Made by a program: the position numbers and the translations under genes
The notes under the pieces: generated by a model
Told to the model about the DNA's origin: nothing
Database searches by the model: none
The model's input: only the letters and a program-made list of their open reading frames with translations
Shown: piece by piece, positions 57,282 to 64,000 of the stretch
Layout: each line of letters begins with the position of its first letter
Position numbering within the stretch: the first letter of the stretch is position 1
Source of the DNA: Candidatus Obscuribacterales bacterium
GTDB taxonomy: Bacteria; Cyanobacteriota; Vampirovibrionia; Obscuribacterales; Obscuribacteraceae
Direction: 5' to 3'
Assembly: GCA_965228855.1 (NCBI GenBank)
Contig: CBDDIJ010000003.1
Coordinates: 64,001 to 128,000 of the forward strand
Length of the DNA: 64,000 nt

Positions 57282-59192
57282 GTGTCTAACAAGAAAATAG
57301 CTAGAAACGCGGTCAACTCAGCGCTAGCACTGTCGTGCTTGCTCGCGAGTTCGTCCCAAATCGCCTCGGCGCAGGTTCCGATGCCCGGAAGCGGCACACA
57401 AACGCCCGCCATCCGTCCTGCATCAGACATCGACTACTCCGGTAACGTCGCGCACAACGTTTCGACAGCAGATAAGTTGTTATCCCAGGGCAAATATTCG
57501 CAAGCCGAAGATGCTTTCCGAGACACACTGGTCAACAATCCCGCCGACATAAATGCTACTGCGGGGCTTGGAATCGCGCTCGCCAAGCAGTTCAAGCTTG
57601 ATGGCGCTGATGAAATGTTCGAGCGCGTTTTGAGACAAGACCCAAACAACGCAGCCGCGTATGCCGGTAAGGCCACCATTTTGTTAAACCGCTTGCAGTC
57701 CTCGTCCGGAACGATTCGCTCCAACCGTGACTCGTTTTTGAAACAAGCCGAAGAATACGCACAACGAGCGGTAACGCTGGCTCCAGCTTCTGCAGAAGCG
57801 CACTTCACTCTGGGCCAAACCTACAAGGAACAGGGGAGAGATAACGAGGCCGCCAGCGAGTTTCGTACCGCAACCTCACTTGATCCTCAGCACTCCAACG
57901 CATACTGCCAACTCGGTCATATCAAGCTTGCCCAGAACAGTCTGGAGGAAGCGGCGGAAGATTTTAAACGTTCAATCGATCTGAACTCCGGTAATTCAAG
58001 TGCTCACTATGGTTTGGGCGCTACTTACTTGAAAAACAATCAGACTGATGATGCGGTTAAGGAACTGAATACTGCCCTTTATCAGTTCCCGAATGCCTGG
58101 CCGACGCACATGGCGCTCGGAGAAGCTTATCAAAAGCAGGGGAACGAAGTCGCGGCGGTAAAAGAGTATCAAGCTTCGATTGCTATCAAACCTGAAAATG
58201 CCGATCCTTATCTCCGAATTGCCGATATCAGAGAAAATCGCGGCGATCTTGAAATGGCAATCGCGGACCTGCGGTCCGGTCTCACGCAGATGCCCTACAA
58301 CGTTGAGCTTCGCCAGCGCATTGCCGATACGTGCTTGAAACTCGAAAAAGCTGACGACGCCATCAAGGGCTACAGAACCATTTTGCAGATGAGTCCGAAC
58401 GATAATCGCGCCGTCAAGGGATTGAGTCAGGCGTTGTATCTCAAGGCACAGAAAGCCGCTGTCGGAGCGCTGCTTGCTTCCAACGATTATGAGTCCGCTA
58501 TGAAAACTCTGGATGAGGCAATCAAGCTGAATCAAGATGATATGGAGTTGCGTCTCTCTCAGGCGAAACTGATGTCATTGAGTGGCACAAAACCCGACCT
58601 CGCCAAGATCGGAACGCCGTCCAACGACGGAGAAAGACTTGCTGCTGCCGAAGCGCTGATGGCTCAAGGCAACTTCCAGCAGTGCTCACAATACATGCAA
58701 GACATCATCACTCGTTTGAATGATCCTAAGCAAAGTTTTGCAGTGGCAGATGTCGCACTGATGATCAAGGATCTTGATGACGCCGAGGCTGCTTACAAAA
58801 AGGCGCAGAGCCTCTCTGGCAGTCCCGATCGCGTCACTCGCGGATTGGCTGAAGTTAGTCGGCTTCGAAAGTCTTCGAGCGATGATGTGAAAGTCGCCGA
58901 CGAATTGGCGAAAAAGAATCAGTGGGATGGTGCGCTTGACCGTTATCGTCAAGCCTCAGGTACCAATCCAAAGAATCCTGAAGCCAGGCTCGGTTTGGCA
59001 CGATCGCTAGAGAAGAAAAAGAAACCTTCGTCAGCAAATCTCGCTGAGTCCGCGTCGCAGTATGAGAACTATCTAGCTCTGAAAACCGACTTGCCGGCCA
59101 AGGACGCTGAAAACTATCGCAAAAACATTGCGAAGTTAAAGGAGAAATCAGCGGAAATGGCACAGAAGGAACAAAAGAATAAGGCCGGCTAG
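57282..59192 (+). CDS. Exported TPR-repeat protein
   Basis: Signal peptide ending ASA; more than 10 TPRs; GGAGG RBS. Confidence 0.9.
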   Translation: MSNKKIARNAVNSALALSCLLASSSQIASAQVPMPGSGTQTPAIRPASDIDYSGNVAHNVSTADKLLSQGKYSQAEDAFRDTLVNNPADINATAGLGIALAKQFKLDGADEMFERVLRQDPNNAAAYAGKATILLNRLQSSSGTIRSNRDSFLKQAEEYAQRAVTLAPASAEAHFTLGQTYKEQGRDNEAASEFRTATSLDPQHSNAYCQLGHIKLAQNSLEEAAEDFKRSIDLNSGNSSAHYGLGATYLKNNQTDDAVKELNTALYQFPNAWPTHMALGEAYQKQGNEVAAVKEYQASIAIKPENADPYLRIADIRENRGDLEMAIADLRSGLTQMPYNVELRQRIADTCLKLEKADDAIKGYRTILQMSPNDNRAVKGLSQALYLKAQKAAVGALLASNDYESAMKTLDEAIKLNQDDMELRLSQAKLMSLSGTKPDLAKIGTPSNDGERLAAAEALMAQGNFQQCSQYMQDIITRLNDPKQSFAVADVALMIKDLDDAEAAYKKAQSLSGSPDRVTRGLAEVSRLRKSSSDDVKVADELAKKNQWDGALDRYRQASGTNPKNPEARLGLARSLEKKKKPSSANLAESASQYENYLALKTDLPAKDAENYRKNIAKLKEKSAEMAQKEQKNKAG

Positions 59193-59257
59193 AAAGCTAT
59201 TTCCGGTCCTCATGGTGCCTTCCGGATCATTGATCGGTCAAAACGGAAACAAAAACG

Positions 59258-59290
59258 AAACGCGTTCTCTTTGTGAGAACGCGTTTTTTT
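59258..59290. terminator. Intrinsic terminator between convergent genes
   Basis: AAACGCGTTCTC-tttgt-GAGAACGCGTTT plus T run. Confidence 0.85.
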
Positions 59291-59330
59291 CAAACCGTCT
59301 TTAAGTAAGCGCTCGCGGATCTTCTCCTGA

Positions 59331-60554
59331 TCACTCCGGTTCGGCAGCGATATCCGGATAATCATCGACTTTTACTTCCACCGGCTCTAGCTTATCGCCG
59401 CGCAGAACGAGAAAGTTGATCTGATCTCCGGGCTTATGCTTTCTAACCATTTGTTGGACTATTTGACTTGCGTCGACGGACGTTCCGTCGACTTTCTGAA
59501 TTACATCACCGCGCTGAAGACCGGCTTTCTGTGCGGGACTTCCCGGCGCGACTCCGGCAATAAGTACACCAGTGGTTGTCTCATCTAAACCAAGCGATTT
59601 CGCCAGTCGCTTATCCATCGGTTGCATATAGACTCCAACGTATGCTCTGGCGACTTTGCCACTTGCAACCAATTCATCGGCAACGCCTTTGAAAACATCT
59701 ACGGGAATGGCGAAGCCGATGTTCTGTCCGTCCTGGCGAATTGCGGTGTTAATACCGATGACCTCGCCGTGAATGTTGAGAAGTGGACCACCTGAATTGC
59801 CAGGATTAATCGCAGCATCCGTTTGAATCAACTCTACATTGTTCAAACTGCTGATTTCGCTCAGAGACCTGCCCAGCGCGCTCACGATGCCGAGTGTGAC
59901 GGTATGATCCAGACCGAGCGGACTTCCAATGGCGATAGCCCAGTCACCAGGACGGATAGACTTGCTGCTGCCAAGCTTTGCTGCCGGAAGGTCTTTTGCA
60001 TCAATCTTTATCAAGGCGAGATCAGTGAAGGTATCACGCCCAAGCACTTTCGCTTTGAACTTTCGTTTATCCGAAAGTGTTACGGTGATATCGTCGGCAT
60101 TCTGAATAACGTGATTGTTCGTCAAAATATAGCCATCCGATTTGATTATCAAACCGGAACCGGAGCCCGTTTGAATGGCTTTGGGCTCTCCTTCTCCCAT
60201 GTCGCGCGGCTGAACAATTCCAAAGCCAGGCATCAATATCGTGTAGGGAGAACGCATGATTGTTTTCGATATGTCGATGTTAACGACGCTCAAGCTGGCG
60301 TCGCTGGCAATGTCTGCAATGGTGTTTTCCGCCAAGGACATCATTTTTGATGGGGAAATAGAGGAACCTGACTGGATTTTGGACACATCCGGGGTGCTGC
60401 CGGGTAGACTGACACTCCCTTTTGACACCGTTCCGAAATAAAAACCAGCCGCGCCAATTATGCTTGCCGCGACAACGCCGAGCACCACCGATGGTGCATG
60501 CATTTTTCCGAGTTCAGATCTGGTTCGTCCTTTCATATTTTTTTCACTTTTCAC
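59331..60554 (-). CDS. HtrA/DegP-family serine protease, one PDZ
   Basis: TNNHV, DLALIK, QTDAAINPGNSGGPL, PDZ, N-terminal TM. Confidence 0.95.
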   Translation of the reverse strand: MKSEKNMKGRTRSELGKMHAPSVVLGVVAASIIGAAGFYFGTVSKGSVSLPGSTPDVSKIQSGSSISPSKMMSLAENTIADIASDASLSVVNIDISKTIMRSPYTILMPGFGIVQPRDMGEGEPKAIQTGSGSGLIIKSDGYILTNNHVIQNADDITVTLSDKRKFKAKVLGRDTFTDLALIKIDAKDLPAAKLGSSKSIRPGDWAIAIGSPLGLDHTVTLGIVSALGRSLSEISSLNNVELIQTDAAINPGNSGGPLLNIHGEVIGINTAIRQDGQNIGFAIPVDVFKGVADELVASGKVARAYVGVYMQPMDKRLAKSLGLDETTTGVLIAGVAPGSPAQKAGLQRGDVIQKVDGTSVDASQIVQQMVRKHKPGDQINFLVLRGDKLEPVEVKVDDYPDIAAEPE

Positions 60555-60655
60555 TAGATTAGCCCGTCTCCAAAAGATGGTCCCAAGATCAATTATCTAT
60601 AACCGACGCAAATTTTGCTCGCCTGGTCCCCTAAATAAACAAAAAATTTGATGGC

Positions 60656-61642
60656 TCATTTGAACGAAATGTTTATCTTCCAAGCCTTGAGATTCTTCGG
60701 CTGAATAATCCCGTACTCTTTAAAGTGATTTACGGCGAGCTGCAGATCATCGAATGCTCCAATGCATGGAGCGACTATAACGTTATAGTATTTCGCTCGC
60801 TTCGCGGTGCCGCTCCATCCGCCAAAGTTAAGCCACAAGCATAAATGCGAGATGTCTCCGGCCGAAAAATCGAAAGTGAGTTCCGAATTTATTTGCGGAT
60901 CTCTGAGAGAGATTGACTTCGGAGCCTTCGCGAAAAGTTTGACCGCCATATTTGTTTCGCGTGGTGGAAATTCGCTCAGATCAATAAAGTCGTCATCTAT
61001 TGCTTGCAGCGTCGGCCACATTTGCATACTGCCAAGATGCCCGAATCGACCGCCTTCCGAGTAATAGACGGTGGTCTCTTGCACGCCGAGCGATAGGCTC
61101 ATGCCCGGGCGAACGTCGAAAACCGGTTGTGCGCTCCAGAGGAAGTTGAACGGAAAAATGGTCAAGTTATTGACCGTGTAAGAAATACTGAGCGATGGAT
61201 CATCTTTTCGAATATGGATAGTTCGCTCGAAACGATAGGGAAAGCGAACGCCGTAAGTAACGGTTCGAAGTTCAGCTTCCGCATCGGAAGCAGTAACTTT
61301 TGCTTTCCACGGTTGGCACCAGAGTTCACCGCACTCCGGTACTTGGCTTCCCTCCCATGGCCCACTCGGAAAGTGCGTCGATGCGACTGATGGGAAGCAC
61401 TCGTTCCACCCACCCAGGTCGAAGTCTTGCCAGTATGGCGCGCCGAAATCAGGAAGTTGCGGTTCCAGGTACGGGTTTGACCATAGCCACTCGCGCTCCT
61501 GACCGGAGTCGTTCCGGTGCATCAGGCTGACAATCCGGGCTCCTAAGGTAGGCACTACAGTCGCCCTGACGCGGGAATTTCCGATTTGAATGGCCGGAAA
61601 TCCATTCCATGAAAGCTCTTTGACTTCGCATCCTGAGGGCAT
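60656..61642 (-). CDS. Galactose mutarotase/aldose epimerase-like fold protein
   Basis: VVPTLGARIVSL...REWLW...GGWNECFPS...FLWSAQP. Confidence 0.7.
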   Translation of the reverse strand: MPSGCEVKELSWNGFPAIQIGNSRVRATVVPTLGARIVSLMHRNDSGQEREWLWSNPYLEPQLPDFGAPYWQDFDLGGWNECFPSVASTHFPSGPWEGSQVPECGELWCQPWKAKVTASDAEAELRTVTYGVRFPYRFERTIHIRKDDPSLSISYTVNNLTIFPFNFLWSAQPVFDVRPGMSLSLGVQETTVYYSEGGRFGHLGSMQMWPTLQAIDDDFIDLSEFPPRETNMAVKLFAKAPKSISLRDPQINSELTFDFSAGDISHLCLWLNFGGWSGTAKRAKYYNVIVAPCIGAFDDLQLAVNHFKEYGIIQPKNLKAWKINISFK

Positions 61643-61833
61643 AATGAGAATCCGAGAGGTAATTTGAGGGAAAACCGACCGCGTTGTCAGTGGGGAGCGC
61701 GTCCTCCCAAAGCTGATATAACACGAATTGACGACCGAGATTGGATTTAAGGTCGTCCTGAAAAGGAAAGTTGACGTATATAGTCATGTGGCTCAAGCTT
61801 GAGTAAAAAGAGCCGTAAAACCGTTAGAGGCTG

Positions 61834-64000
61834 ATGAGTTCGCCGGACAATACGAAACGAGATGAAGGTGAAGACCACGAAGAAACCCTCGCGGCTCGTG
61901 GCGACACGTCTGCGTCTGCTGGACCCAACTCGGTACAAAAACCGTCCCTACCGGCTGCAGAAGCCGGCTCGGGGCGCCGAATCGAAGATAGAGATTTCGT
62001 ACCCAGGTTTTCAGAGGTTCGCAGTCGCCACGGCTCCGGCGATGATGACGAGCAAACTAAAATTTTGCCGACCGAACAGCCGACCGTCGGAATTCAATCT
62101 GAAACGTCCGCATCTGTTCTCTCAGCTGCGGCGCTTGCAATTGAGATGACTGCGGCTAGCAGCTTTGACGCTCTGCCGGTCACTGAAGTTGGTGAAAATG
62201 CCAAAGTTTCCGGGGATATTTCCATGCCGGAATCCCGACCTGAAGTCTCATCCAGTCACTTGAACCCAGAGTTTGGTTACCACAATGTGTCTGAGCCCAA
62301 GGACGGACCCCGGCAGCCTCCTGCTCAACTTCCACCTCCTCCGAAGACAGTGATTCAGTATCAAAATCATGTTATTGATCCAAGCACCAGCAAAGTCGAT
62401 TCTTTGATTTCCCAATCAGAGAACCTCGACTCAATCTGGGAGGTTCACGATCGTGCGGGGCAAGCTGGAACGGCAGAATCTCGGAATAGATCGGATCAGC
62501 CTTTGAACACAAACGAATCCGTCCGTCACGGCTCCAGCACTGTCGATGGTGGCGCCGATTCGGGGATGCATTTTTCACCTCATGGTTATGACGCATCCAG
62601 CATGTCTCCGCTTTCCCCCAAGCAAGAATTGCTAAATTTGCCGGATGACGCTGCGGCGAAGAGCAGAACGCAGCCGGCGAGCGGCCGTGTCTCCGGTTCG
62701 TTTCGTCCTGACCATCAACTTGCTCAAGCGCAGTATTTCGCCGAGATGCAAACTCCATTCGTCGACGAAATTGGTCTGGCTCGCAAAAATCGCTCTGCAC
62801 AAATTAGAAGCTCTCTGTATTGGGTCGTAAAAGAAGCCCGTCTCGTAACTCATGGAGTATTTTCCGACTATGAATCTCCGCGAGGACCTTCATACGCGGA
62901 GCTTAATGCCGCTGGCTCTCGTGAGAAACCAAACATTACCGCAAATAATCTTCCCTCTGCACATCAGTCTCCCCCCAGCTCTCGTGAGCTGGCACCGCCT
63001 GCGGTGCCGCGGGGCAATGCTTTCCAATCCGATTTTGCCCCGCCTGTTCCCGGAGCACCGGCAAAAGGACCAAACTCGCCACCTGCTTCTAAGCCGTCTC
63101 AGAGGCTGCTAACTCAGAACTCCCTCGAGGCAGTTCGCAATGAAGCACCACCTGCAAAGCTTCGAGCAGTTCCACACATAGCGGGTTCAGCCGATTATCT
63201 GATCAACAGAGACGAGTCTCCTACCGTCAGATTTCCGGAGGATGCCTGGGAACTGCAATCCGAGTCTCAAACAAACGCACAATCACCGTCCCATATTTCT
63301 CCGCAGAATCAAACTTCTGCCGCCGCAGCAGCCGTTCCACCAGCGCCAGCCTCAGTGTCATCGGCTCCATCTCCAGCAGAACCGGTTCCGCCATCGTCAG
63401 AATCATCAGCTCAAGGAAAGTCAGTTCCGTCTCCTCCAGAGGCGCGTAAATCTGAACAGACCGCGATGCCGGAGCCACGGCACGATCAGGCAATTACGGC
63501 AGATGGCGTTTTAAAGCAGAGCGCCGACGCTGAGCGCGTTCGCAATCAGGCCGTAACGGCAGACCGAATTCGTGACCAAGCCATCACTTCTGAGAGAGTC
63601 CGTGATCAAGGCATAACTGCTGAGCGCGCACGCGGGCAGTCTACGACTTCCGAGCGACGACTGCAAACGACCGATCAACACAAAACCGATCAGCGTAAGA
63701 CGGACCAGCGCACCACCCGTGATGGCATGGTTAAGGTTCCATTATTAGGCTTTGTAAAAAAGGATGATTTGAAAAGGCAGGCGATTACAATCGGTTCAGT
63801 TGTCGTCCTGTGTGTCGCCAGCGCCGCACTGATGTACGACACAATCAATTCGAATCGAAAACAGGCGGAGACTGCGGTCGAGAAACCGGAAACGCCATCG
63901 CCGGATGTCGAAAATCAAACTCGATCGGAAATTCCGGCACCGACTGGAAAAACGACAGCCAAGTTTGACGATGCACCGGAGTCTGCCGCGAAAGAGCCCG
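61834..64000 (+). CDS. Large low-complexity membrane protein, 3' truncated (absent from ORF track)
   Basis: Translated by hand: ATG at 61834 after GAGG, no stop to 64000 (>720 aa), TM near 63781-63837. Confidence 0.85.
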   Translation, partial: MSSPDNTKRDEGEDHEETLAARGDTSASAGPNSVQKPSLPAAEAGSGRRIEDRDFVPRFSEVRSRHGSGDDDEQTKILPTEQPTVGIQSETSASVLSAAALAIEMTAASSFDALPVTEVGENAKVSGDISMPESRPEVSSSHLNPEFGYHNVSEPKDGPRQPPAQLPPPPKTVIQYQNHVIDPSTSKVDSLISQSENLDSIWEVHDRAGQAGTAESRNRSDQPLNTNESVRHGSSTVDGGADSGMHFSPHGYDASSMSPLSPKQELLNLPDDAAAKSRTQPASGRVSGSFRPDHQLAQAQYFAEMQTPFVDEIGLARKNRSAQIRSSLYWVVKEARLVTHGVFSDYESPRGPSYAELNAAGSREKPNITANNLPSAHQSPPSSRELAPPAVPRGNAFQSDFAPPVPGAPAKGPNSPPASKPSQRLLTQNSLEAVRNEAPPAKLRAVPHIAGSADYLINRDESPTVRFPEDAWELQSESQTNAQSPSHISPQNQTSAAAAAVPPAPASVSSAPSPAEPVPPSSESSAQGKSVPSPPEARKSEQTAMPEPRHDQAITADGVLKQSADAERVRNQAVTADRIRDQAITSERVRDQGITAERARGQSTTSERRLQTTDQHKTDQRKTDQRTTRDGMVKVPLLGFVKKDDLKRQAITIGSVVVLCVASAALMYDTINSNRKQAETAVEKPETPSPDVENQTRSEIPAPTGKTTAKFDDAPESAAKEP

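Noticed and set aside
61862..63514. Several short ORFs suggesting a pseudogene or non-coding region at the window end
   Set aside because: They are alternate frames of a single uninterrupted ORF starting at 61834.

Overview
Chromosomal window of about 52% GC with about 40 CDS. I see no tRNA, rRNA, CRISPR array, integrase or transposase. The gene content is cyanobacteria-like but has no photosynthesis genes here: amiC-murI, an HtrA/HhoA-like protease, a cNMP-C39 ABC exporter with a parvulin, Hanks kinases and many TPR proteins. This suggests Melainabacteria/Vampirovibrionia (inference only). Best candidates for something undescribed: (1) a double-glycine-leader peptide locus (760-6235) whose predicted 42-aa product is an RGG/Asp/His low-complexity peptide rather than a typical bacteriocin, with its own HlyD, an intact C39 PCAT and a parvulin PPIase, next to a response regulator; (2) an orphan tandem pair of paralogous TrbL/VirB6-like membrane proteins, one with a ~1350-aa disordered tail punctuated by H-x-R repeats; (3) a ~320-nt highly base-paired intergenic RNA candidate at 34157-34480, plus several other long structured intergenic segments; (4) a MerR-like HTH / VIT-vWA operon with seven TGACAG boxes upstream; (5) a patatin with Ser->Asn at the nucleophile, next to an MshEN-like repeat protein. 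A >720-aa ORF starting at 61834 runs off the window and is missing from the supplied ORF track. All domain calls are by-eye motif recognition; no database searches were run.
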